A stretch of 64,000 bases of DNA. Source: Proteromonas lacertae. Its lineage: Eukaryota. Made by a program: the position numbers and the translations under genes. Position 1 is the stretch's first letter, and the number at the start of each line of letters is the position of its first letter. This document shows positions 14,138 to 25,885 of this stretch, piece by piece. The stretch spans positions 124,001 to 188,000 of the forward strand of contig NGBS01000005.1 of the NCBI GenBank assembly GCA_002245135.1. The letters run 5' to 3'. The notes below the pieces were generated by a model, which was not told the origin of the DNA, ran no database searches, and worked only from the letters and a program-made list of their open reading frames with translations.

Positions 14138-14878
14138 ATGTCAACAACAATTCCATTTGATGTATTTTATAAATTTAATACAATTTATAGGTTAATACAG
14201 ATTTTTATGATGCTATAGATAGAGACCTTGAAAAGACTAGTTGTAGACTTGAACATCTAGTTCAACTATCACAATTAAGAATAGACTTAGTATATAATTG
14301 TATTTTATCTCTTTTAGTTGAATGGCAAAAATGCTGACTCAGATTACTTGCAGACTGTTCCATCAAAACCAATTGACGTAAAATCACAATTTTCTTATCT
14401 TGATTCACTTAAAGAAGAGCAAGAACAAAATCTCGCCAATACTGAAAATGAAATGAACTACCAACAATATGAAGAAGAACAGCAGCAAGGAAGTAATGAA
14501 GAAAATTATCATGAACAAAATGAAGAAGAAGAAATAGATAATTTGTTTGAATTCAGTCCAAATACCCAAAGAAGAATAAATGCACTATCAAGAGGTGATA
14601 TGAGTGAATATGCTAATGTAGTAAAGTCAATGAATGAATCAAATGAAGAAACAAATAATAATAATGAAAACTATCTTCCAAGTAATGTAATTTCAATGAA
14701 GATATCAGATCCAATAGCAGAATGTGGTAGTAATGAAGTGATAAAAAGCACAAAAGAAGATAAAGAGTATTTTAGTCAGTCTCAAAAACAATCAATGAAA
14801 TCCAGATTAAGTCAACAGGAGAAATTATATTACGAAACGAAAAACAAAATAAACTCTTTAATGAGAGAAACAGTTTAA
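14138..14878 (+). CDS. Hypothetical acidic low-complexity protein
   Basis: ATG at 14138, two ~29-nt introns, then ORF 14318-14878; no family recognised. Confidence 0.6.
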
Positions 14879-14916
14879 TATAATATAATATGTATTAATA
14901 TTATTATGTTGTTCTT

Positions 14917-15641
14917 TTATAAATTGTTAATTGCTCCAAATATATGCACTTCTCTATTCTTTAATAATTCAGACATCTTTTTCTCAACAACTTTTATATA
15001 TTCTTTAATATTTATCTTGATTTCTTCTAATTTGGGAATATTTTCACTGTTCATTTCTAAGATATTTTGTCTTTCTTTTTCAATCTGCATTATGTTATTC
15101 TTCAATTTACTAATACATCGTAACTATTTATAAAATAAGTATATAAAATACTTTTCCTTTAACTCTTTCACATAATCTATCAACATAGTCATTGCTATTA
15201 TAAATCATTAATAATTGATTAAATCTATCATCTCTCAATTCATTCAATATTTCTGATATTAAGGTTTGATAATTGGATATTTCTTTTAATGTTAAAGATT
15301 TCAATTCACCTATATTGTATATAAAAATATATAAATAAATGATTATACTTGGAATAATTGAGTTGACATTAATGAAACACTTATATTATCCATCTCATTC
15401 TTTCGCTGCTTATAGAATGAGTTTAATTCACTTAAATTTTGGATTATTCTTTCTCTACTTTCTTGATTTAATAATACCGTTCCACATGTCTCAACTGTAA
15501 TATCTCCACTTTCTTCAACTTTAATATTCCATTCGCCATTATCAACATTATTATCATTACTAACATCATTATTTTCATTACTTTGTAGTTGTAAATCATC
15601 TTCATCTATATCCCAGTTTATATCACCATCATTATTATCAC

Positions 15642-15672
<31 letters not shown>

Positions 15673-16773
15673 TGATTCTTCTTGAGGTAGTTCTATATCA
15701 ATATCCCAACTTATATTTTCATTATTATTATTATTATTGTCGTTTTCGTTTAGTGTAACTGTCACATTTTCAGTTGGAATTTGAATGCAAGAAAAATCGT
15801 TGGATAATGTAATAAAATGATAGATTGATGATAATAATTCATCACTTTTCTTTTTCTTTAATTCATTTTCTTCTTCTATTCCTTCTATATAATTAATAAA
15901 CTTAGCATAATATTCACATGCTTCTATCAACCTTTTATCATTTAACAATTCACTTATATTTGACATATATTTGGGTATTTCTTTTACTGTGTGTTTTATT
16001 TCATTATAGATTGTCAATTCGTGATAATCATTTGTGTTTTGTATATGTAATTCTTTAGAAAATTGTTCTAATGACTCATTCATATTATGAATTGATTTTT
16101 GATATTCCTATTTATTATTATATTAAATGCTTTATACTGATTTCTTATGATCATAAGATGTGAGAAGTTTTTCATTATCTTTAATTCTCTTTTTCAATGA
16201 TGGACTATTTAATTACAATATATATATATTTTTAATACACAATAAAGTTAGTAGTTTGTACAAATACTTTCGATGCCTCATATAAATACAAATAGTGTCT
16301 ATCATAAGCGTTTAGAATGGAATTCCATTCTTTCAAATTACCATCATTATACTATAAGTAGATTATTAAAAGAACATATGTTTATACATACTCTTCCAAA
16401 GAAATCTTTTGTGTTTTCATTACTTTTTTGCTTTAATGACAGATAATCTTTGAATAGAGATTTACATTTTAAATAATTCATTTGATCACCATCTTGTGAA
16501 TATTTTGAACTGATTTCAGTGGGAAGTTTACTCAGTTCTTGATTTACTTTCTGTTTTAGTGAATTATATGTCTTTTCCCTATTATATAAATCTACTGTAA
16601 ATTTATATACCAATTAGAGTATGATAAATTGTGATCTAATAGATAATCTATGTAAGAATAAAATCAATTTCAAATATACCAAATATTCTATCATAACGTA
16701 TATCTATAGGTGAATCATCTTCAAATGTTGCATTCTATGAAACAAAAATAATATACATATGTAATACACTCAT
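14917..16773 (-). CDS. CDK5RAP3: CDK5RAP3/C53 (UFMylation and ER-phagy adaptor)
   Basis: Spliced N-terminus PIDIRYDRIFDYLLD, MNYLKC, TKDFFGR, EWNSILNAY, PSLKKRI; ISWDI/INWDI motifs in an acidic linker; C-terminal REVHIFGAIN. Confidence 0.85.
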
Positions 16774-16953
16774 GAAATTCCAATTTTTAAATTTCTAAAA
16801 ATATAGTCGTTTTATTTATCATTTTCATTTTTAAAACTAAATGTTTGAGGAGATTTAGTGTGATTGTTTTATCAAAGAGAGTTGAATCTATTTTAAAGTA
16901 TTGATTTAATTATCTCATGAAACAGAAAATGAAATATATAATAATAATGAAAT

Positions 16954-19900
16954 TTATCTTTTATAGCCTACTGTTGGTGGTTTGGGTCGATTAACTCCTG
17001 TTGCTAAACTTACTGGATATGATTGTGCAGGTTTGGATTTTGAAGGATGAGATTCAGCTTTTCTACTTCTACATAACAAACAACAAACAATTGCAATTAT
17101 TATTATCAGTAATACTACTGCTCCTCCACCTATTATGGCTATTAACATTACTGTTGATAATCCACCTTCATCTTCATCTTTATTGTCAGGATTTATTTGT
17201 TTATCTTTAACACTCATTACTTCAATAATTGCATCTTTTAATATTGTTGTTTCTCCAGATTCATCACATTGTTTTCTCACTTCCACTTGTAAATTATCAT
17301 TACCTATTAATGCTTTGGCTACATCTTCTATTTCGCCTTTGGATGATTCTTTAGGTATTGTTATTATCACATCAACATTCAATTCATTCTCTAATCCTCT
17401 CAATAATAATTTTTGATTATTATTATTATTATCACTTATTACTTCTATATTTTCTTTGTTCAATTCTATTCCTTTATTTTTTTTGTATAATTCGATTATT
17501 GAATCTTTCATTATCTTTTTATCATTCTCATTTAATTCAGATGTGATATTTTCTGTTATATTTGATATTTTAATTTCAATATCAATTATTTCTATTGGTT
17601 TTGGTGTTGTTGGAATGATTGTAGTTGGTTTCACTGTAATTGGATTTCCAGTTGGATCTATAGATGTTGACTTTGGTGTTGTTGGAATTATTACTTCACC
17701 TTTACATACACTTTCATCGATATTATCTTCCCAATAACCATCTTTGTCACACTTTCTAATCTTATATCCAGATTCACTACAACCAACTTTCACATCACTA
17801 TTTCCAAAAGCACTTGGAAATTCACCTATTCCTTTACAAATATTAGGTCTTGTTTGATTAAATGTGATTAATCTAAATTGAACCCAACCATTATATTTTC
17901 TTGTTTTTAACACTGATACTTTTAATATTTCATAAGATTTATAAATTGGAATTGATACTATCAATTCATCAGGACATTCACTAATTACATTACTGTAAGC
18001 TAATTCAAATTCTAAATTATCATTTCGATATATTTCATCCCATACCAAATTATCTTTATCTGTTGATCCATATACAATTATACTCTTTGGATGAGTATTT
18101 GCATCATTTGTACAACCAGCAAATCGAAACACATTCACATATCTAGCTTCATCACTCTTTAATGAGATTGTTGTATTCCAAGGTAATACAGCAGCTTCAC
18201 CTCCTCCATAATTGAATTTGTTCATTGTTTTCAAATTATCATAATCACTAGCTTCAGGTTTAGTTACATCTTGCCCATTATTTGTATATTGATTTATATT
18301 TACATCAGCATTGGAAGTCATTAATTGAGTTTCACTTATTGGGTTTGTTATTCCTAATCTCAAATAGAATGAATCAGTTTTATCTACTATTTCCTTATTC
18401 TCATGGATTTCAACAGCAATATAATTATTTCCACTATATATTACACTTAAAGGAATCATCACTTTTCTAATTTTAGGAATATCATACGATTGTATAGCTT
18501 TTATATCAGATTGGATTTTTCCACCTTCTAAATTTTATCGATAGATTTCATAGCCATTTACATATACGATTATTCCTTCTGTAAACTTCAGTTCTAATTT
18601 TGGACTACCAACAAATGATAAAACACTTTCAATTGTAAAGGTTGTTCGATAATATCTAGTTGTTACTGATTTTGGTTTCAAAATGATTTTCAGAAGATTT
18701 CTTCCAATTATCAACTTCACTTTTATAGAATGAAGTCCATAATTGATCATTCTGATTATCATCACTATATTCCCATTCAGTATTTTCAGTTATTAGATTA
18801 AAATCAGCTGGACTTTGTGTTGGAGGAGGTGTTGTTGGTAAAACTAATTGGATCAGAATCAACTGTCAACATAAAGAATTGACTTATTTCAAATACATCT
18901 TTTTCGATGTTGTTTATATTTTCAAATTCAACAGCCAAATGGTTTATACCAACATTCATTATATGAGATTGAACGCTAAATTCTATATAATCATCTGAAT
19001 TACATTTTTCGATTATTTGGAATTTTATTTTATTCATATATAATGTGGCTTTTCCACATATCTTCATTTTCATATAGAATGACACTATATCTTCCATTGA
19101 TTCTCTAATATCGATTGACTTATAATAATATCTTTTATCAACACCTTTTAATGAATCTAATCTTGAACTTCCATCTTTCCAAGTACTCATATATTCACCT
19201 TCTTTCCAATTATCATCAGATTGTTCTTTGTCAATGTATTTTAAATTCTTATCACTTTTCATATAATTCTTTACTATCAAATGTTTATGATTTAATACTG
19301 CACTTCCATCATAACTTCCTTTAAATAACACTGGACCATCTACTATGGAGATTATTATTTGAGAATATCTCCAATCATTATTGTCTTGGTGATTTCCATA
19401 TTCAAGATAATAATCATCATGATTTAAATAATAATGAACTTTGTTTTCACCAGGTTCTAAATATTCAAATAATTCTGCAACACGATTATTAAAAGTAGCT
19501 TTTAGTTTATACACAATTTTATTATATTCATTCTCACCACCATTTATTATAAATTCAATTTCTTCATTTGTAGATAAATCTGGCTTGGAGGAGGTGTAGT
19601 TGGAGGAAGTGTAGTTGGAGCTGGAGTTGGTGGTTTTACATTATTTCCCAATTCATAATATCTATTAACTTCATCAAAATCATATTCTTTTCCGTTGATT
19701 GTCTTTTTGAATGGAATATATTCTACTTTAGATGGATTTATTATTACTCCATATCTTTTACCTTTATAATTAAATCCACTATCACCTGCTTTTCTATTTA
19801 CTCTTTGATTACCAAATTTTGTTGATAAGACTTCTCTTACACTTAATATACTAATTTCTTTATTGAATGTAAATGAATAGAATTCACACCACCCTTTGGT

Positions 19901-22228
19901 CATTTCTAAGACATCTCTACATAAGATTTTATAAGATATATCTTCATATCCATTCAATTCACTTAAATCAAATTCAGCTTTTCCATTTTCTACTTCTGCT
20001 CCTATCTTCAAACCTTCAGGAACTTTACCTTTTATATCAATAAAAATATAATCAAAAGCTTGTAAATGAACTATTGGATAATACCATTTCACATTCGCTT
20101 CTATTGTTTGACTAAATAACATAGTTGGAGCAGTGAATTTATTTGGTGGAATTGCAGCAGCACTTATTTCATATTTGTTATTATCTCTTTTCTTTCTAAA
20201 TGCAACTCTGTCTGTATTATTTGCTCTTGTCATTTGGAAATTATAATATGATGATACTGCACTAGAATCATCATGAGCTCTAATAACACCTTCAAATAAT
20301 CCATCTACTGTAAAATCAGGAAGTCTGTAAAACAAATATCCTCCATCTATATGACCAAGAACATCTATCGGTTTTCCAGACATATCACTAATTGTAATTG
20401 CATATGCATCGCTTGGAACAGCAGCAAATATTGAATTACCAGTAAAATCGAATGATAATTGATCCTTATTTGGTCCACTAGTAATAGTACAATCATACCA
20501 TAGATTTACATTTGAAAATCCTCCACTTCCACCACTAGCAGTTGCTACTGTTATTTTAACACATCGATGATTAATTGTTTCACCAAAACAATGGAAATAA
20601 AATGGGAATGTATATCCACCAAATGATGATATTACTTTTCTTCCATCTATTGATGCTTCTTCATCATTATATACTCTTGGAAGATTATTATCACCTTCAC
20701 TTTCACCAAATAACCAAAATGTACTACTTTGGGTTGTACAAGTCATTGTATTAGATGATTCATCTGTCTCGCATGAAACAATTGAATGAGATTTGATGTA
20801 TGCAGGAAATTTTGGTGGAATTGTTGGTTTAACAAATGCAACTCCAGGTTTATAAGTTACTTCTACATCAACATAAGCTGGTTCATCATAACTTCTTTGT
20901 TTTACATCTTCAACTACTTCAAATGTTGTTGCTTCTAAAGAGCCAGGATGAATTTTCTTTAATCTAAATTGCATTGTTCCTTTATCAATATCTCTTGGAG
21001 TCCAAGTTACACCAAGTGGTAATTGACCATCACCCCAACCATTTTCTCTACCTCCTGTCATTCCATCTATATCAATATCCAACAAAGTATGACCACCACC
21101 TTGATGAATACTACCATCTGCCTGATATACAGGTCCCCATATCCATCTTAAACTTCGAGCATTCCATGCCATTTGTCCTTCTGCTGTATATCTATACTCA
21201 AGTAATGTAGATATATATTGATAATTTTCCATATTAAGTCCACTTACCATTGTTTCTTTATCAAAAGGAATTTCTAATGCTAAACAAGTATATTTCATTT
21301 TAACACCATCAAATTCTTCATTCTCATCATGATATGGTGATGTATTACCTAAGAAATGTCTTGTATATGGATGATCAAATGCATATATTCTCACAGTATA
21401 AGTACCTTCTTCTTCTAATTTAAACCAATACCATGGCTGTGGATTACCATTAGAAACCATACAATGATATTGTCTTGCTGAAATTGGACAATACCAATTA
21501 CCAATTGCCATATAACTAGCTATATCAGCATAATCACCTGAAACTACATAATTAAGTAATTGTCCTGTTACTGATACTGGACGACCACCTGCATGACCAA
21601 ATCCCATATTATGACCAGCTTCATGAATAAACGCTCTATAAAAAAAAAATCACCAGTAAATCCAGCATTCATAAAGACAAAATATGTGCCTTTATTATTA
21701 AAATAGATATCACAATTTGCTCCATTAGCTACACCACTCCAACCAACACTTAATGGACCCCATGCAGCAGCAACTGTTGAAAAATCTTCTCTTTTTATTC
21801 CTTCTGGCCATTTATACCAACTCAGTAATCGATTATACCATTTAGAAACTAAGGAACTATGATTTTCTGTATCTGCATATTCTTCATCTGAAACAGCATC
21901 TACACACTCAGATATATAGCAACCACTCACATTCAAACCAAGTTGATTTCCTGACCATAATCTAACAGCATGATCAAGATGTATGAATGATTTTTCTATA
22001 AATTCTCTTGTATGACATAGATATGGATGATCACATTGCTCTATACCACAGAGTTCTTATAAAAGCTACTCTAACGTTTGTTCTTCCAAATATGGGATTA
22101 TTCCATTCACCACTATAGGTACAATTTGTCATAGAGCTTTTTAGCGACTTTGGTTCTCTCAAATGTTGATATTCAAGAATCTTTGAAGTGTAAGCGATTT
22201 CATCAGTTGTAAAACTACTAATACTCAT
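16954..22228 (-). pseudogene. Large single-pass surface metzincin protease (M11/gametolysin-like) gene broken by about five frameshifts and one in-frame stop
   Basis: HEAGHNMGFGH (HExxHxxGxxH) at 21593-21625 and a Met-turn-like ASYMA. Pro/Thr linkers, GIIVYVNG.EIYR...GNNYIAVEIH beta-sandwich domains, C-terminal TM LIAIIGGGAVVLLIIIIAIV. Seven ORF pieces overlap in shifted frames with no GT-AG intron explaining them. Confidence 0.7.
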
Positions 22229-22949
22229 TCCTTGTATTAATATAAAATCGTTTCGAATTCAAAATTCTATAAATGATGCCATTAAGTGAAATATAGAAAG
22301 TAGTTTTGTGAGTCAACCTCTATATTCACTTTTACCTTATCAGTATGATGCTGGAGACACACCATAAAATAATAAACTAAAACGCAAACCAAAGAGATAA
22401 AGACATTTTCGCTTTGATTGGTTATTTCTATCGTTTATTTTCAAAATAGAATTGAATTACTTTTTTAATTTCACATACAAGAGCTTATTTTGTGATTTAT
22501 AACATTATCATTAAATAAGACATGTTTTCATCTTATTTTATAACATAATATATATTTTTAAATACCTACAACACACATTGCCTTCATTTAGAGTATAGTG
22601 TTGCTTTTCATCCAATATATATGATTATTACAATAAAACTATTTATAAATATAATATTTTTATTACCTATTTTAGCAAAAAAACAAAGAAATAGAAATTG
22701 AGAAACGGCTATATTTATTAATCAAATCTATTTATTTGAGATGCTTAAGAAGATAGTACAGATATTATTTTACTTTAGTTATTCTATGTTTGAGACTAAT
22801 TACTCATTTGAAAAAGAATAACAGATTTTTTCTTATTAAATTCTGTTTAGTGAAATAATTAAATAGTTCCAAACATATAACATAAGAAAAATATTAAAGA
22901 ATCTATTATTAATTTACATTCCATTAAAAGTATTGATAGTTAGGATACA

Positions 22950-23520
22950 CACTCATATAGTGCATTTAGTAACCTAAATCCTTATCCAATCAAAATCATA
23001 CCTACAAATAGTAACTTATGACTTATCACCTTTAAATGTTGATGAAGACCTCGATACTAGTAGTGAACATAGTAAACATTAAAAACCATCATCCTCTTTA
23101 TGGTATGAAATTAACTAACAAAAAGCAGGAGGAGGAAGATAAACCTAAAGCTATTGCATCTCATATATTACACTTAGGATTAAAACCTAACTTTGAGGAA
23201 GAATGGAGATGATTAAAAAAATCAAGGAAGCATCATGATGAGAAAAATGATGTTAAGAATGTTAGTAAGATGATTGAGTATGTAGATCCCACAAAGGACT
23301 ACAATGAGAAGGAAACGATCTCAATTCATTGGTGGTTTAGGATAAAATTAATGGTTTATCAAAAGAAGTTAGTACAAAACAAGATATCATCAAGGAGTTG
23401 AAGAAAAATTTAGAGATAAAATCTGATGTAAGTGAGAATGAGGAAATCGATTTGAATTTCATGCATTTATTATATATTAATATTTCGGTGGAAGAAATCG
23501 TTGTTATTATTCAGTAACTT
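22950..23520 (+). pseudogene. Decayed coding-like remnant
   Basis: Purine-rich K/E/D-coding texture (e.g. KQDIIKELKKNLEIKSDVSENEEIDLN) interrupted by stops and frameshifts; parent gene unknown. Confidence 0.35.
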
Positions 23521-23631
23521 TTTATGAGTAACTCTCTAGTTTAAACACAAAAAAGTAAATGAAATAATACACATTAATACGCATTAATACATTTTTAATT
23601 GTATTTATTTTTATTATTCACTGTATTAATA

Positions 23632-24031
23632 ATGTCACTCGCTAGTGATAGTAATTCAACAAATATAGATGCTATTGATGATTTAATTGTATATTTTTTA
23701 TCTTAATTTTAATTTGTTGTGTGAATAGGTTAATATTCCTCCTAGAAGTGTGTTACCATTTCTAACTTGTCCAATATGTCAAGGAATATTTCGTGAAGCT
23801 CATACAATTACTACTTGTAATCATACATTTTGTAAGGCTTGTATTGTGAATTACATGTATAATATGAAAGGAAATTGTCCAGTATGTAATGAATATTTAG
23901 GTCGAAACCCATTTGATGTATTGAGAACTGATCAACCTCTACAAAATTTAGTAGATTGTATTTTTAAGGAAGAAATAAAAGCATATAATGAGGAAGAGTT
24001 AGATGAAGGTGAAGAAATATTTAGAAGATGA
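23632..24031 (+). CDS. Small C3HC4 RING finger protein, PCGF/BMI1/DRIP-like
   Basis: LTCPICQGIFREAHTITTCNHTFCKACI...CPVC...LRTDQPLQNLVDCIF; ATG at 23632 with one 40-nt intron. Confidence 0.8.
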
Positions 24032-24130
24032 TTAGTAGCTAAGATTTATAATTCTTGGTGTGTGTATGTAATAATATATGTATAAATCAAAAAATTGATT
24101 TTAAATAATACATAAAAATACAATCCTTTA

Positions 24131-25741
24131 TTAATTACTACACTTTAAAGGGAAATCTAGAGATTTTTTATCACCATTTTCTATATTTTCCATTGTTACA
24201 GTTAATACTCCACTTTCATCATAATGATATGTAACTTTTACCCTCACTTCACCTTTTGGTTTAGGTGGAATTGGGAAATCTTCACCTCCAATAAAATCAT
24301 TATCTTCATATCTTGGTTTATCTCCTTCATACACATACACTGGCATTGATTTTTGATTGTCTTCATAAGTTGCAAATGTTTTTGATTCTGTAGATGGGAT
24401 GGGAGAGAATTTGGGTAAGATAAATTCAGCTTTTCCATCTGCACAATCAGTAGATAATCCGTGTGAAATAACATCTCTAATCTTTAAATCTTGACACTCA
24501 TTTGCTACAATTGCAGCACCCATAGCTACTATGGTTTGAACGTCTAAATCTTTTAGTATTTTACATCTTGGAAATGCTGAATGTAATAATTCTTCAACTC
24601 TTAAAATTCTACTACTTCCACCAACTAATATTATTCCATATATATCTCTTTCTTTTAAAGGACTTTCGCTTAATACTTCTTTTGTTATTTCTATTGTTCT
24701 TTTGAAATAGTTATCACATAATCGATTAAAATTAGTTCGAGTAAGTGTGCAGTCAACTCCAGCATCTTCTAAAAATTCACAATTAACGGGAGTTTCCATT
24801 TGTTCTACCAAAAATATTTTTGCTTCTTGACAAGCTTGTCTTAATTTAATATAACGACTTTCATCTTTTGGCTTTCGAGATGTCATTAAATCTGTTCCTT
24901 CTTTTTCTTTATATATATTAGCAAAGTATTTAGCTAACTCTAAATCAACATCTTGACCTCCTAAATGATTATCACCTCCAGTTGCTCCAACAACAACTTC
25001 TCTTTTCATTCGATCAACAGTTACAATTGACACATCAAATGTACCACCACCATAATCATATACTAAAAATGATACTTTATTAGGTAATTTATCATGACCT
25101 ATTGATTGATATGAATATGCAATTGCTGCTGCAGTTGGTTCATTTATTAGTTGAATCACCTTTAAATTAGCTTTTTTGGCTGCTTCTAAGGTTTTCTTTC
25201 TTTGCTGATTTTTAAAATATGCAGGAACTGTAATAACTACTCCTGATGGTTTATTTGTATCGTTTCCACATCTTTCATCACCAGCTTTTTTCAATGCTTT
25301 CAATATTTCACTACTTACATCTTCAGCTGTCAATTCAACTGTTTGTTTACCTACACGAGCCATTACAGTAGGAACACCATTATGATTTTCTATATCAAAA
25401 CGCCAATTCGGTAAATCTCTTTGAAATGTTTCATTATCCCAAGATATACCAATAAAACGTTTTGAATCATATATGGTATTTTTAATGTTCTTAGATAGGT
25501 TATGAACAGCACTATTTCCTGACACTACTTCAATTGGAGTACCAGGTTTATATAGAACCATAGAAGCTAAAGATGGTGATGAATCATTAAATGTAACAGC
25601 CTCATACTTGTCAGACTCACCTCTTTGTAGAATACACACACAAGAGAATGTAGTTCCCAAATCTATTCCATATTTATTAGTATTAATGTTTCTATCTCCA
25701 TCTAAAAATCTATGCCATGTTGATGAGTAAGTATAAGACAT
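24131..25741 (-). CDS. HSP70: Divergent Hsp70-family protein lacking the C-terminal lid
   Basis: GIDLGTT, VITVPAYF, INEPTAAA, DYGGGTFDVS, GGQDVD, LVGGSSRI, TYEDNQ; ends right after the SBD-beta region; intronless. Confidence 0.9.
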   Translation of the reverse strand: MSYTYSSTWHRFLDGDRNINTNKYGIDLGTTFSCVCILQRGESDKYEAVTFNDSSPSLASMVLYKPGTPIEVVSGNSAVHNLSKNIKNTIYDSKRFIGISWDNETFQRDLPNWRFDIENHNGVPTVMARVGKQTVELTAEDVSSEILKALKKAGDERCGNDTNKPSGVVITVPAYFKNQQRKKTLEAAKKANLKVIQLINEPTAAAIAYSYQSIGHDKLPNKVSFLVYDYGGGTFDVSIVTVDRMKREVVVGATGGDNHLGGQDVDLELAKYFANIYKEKEGTDLMTSRKPKDESRYIKLRQACQEAKIFLVEQMETPVNCEFLEDAGVDCTLTRTNFNRLCDNYFKRTIEITKEVLSESPLKERDIYGIILVGGSSRILRVEELLHSAFPRCKILKDLDVQTIVAMGAAIVANECQDLKIRDVISHGLSTDCADGKAEFILPKFSPIPSTESKTFATYEDNQKSMPVYVYEGDKPRYEDNDFIGGEDFPIPPKPKGEVRVKVTYHYDESGVLTVTMENIENGDKKSLDFPLKCSN

Positions 25742-25885
25742 TCTTTACAAAAAAGAAAAATTACAGTAGTTGTAAAAATAGATTCGTTTTATTCTATATT
25801 TACACAACATATAATTTACAGTGTATGTGATTTAAAACTAACTATCTATTTAAAATCTAGCTCAATAAAACAACAAAAGCAATAA

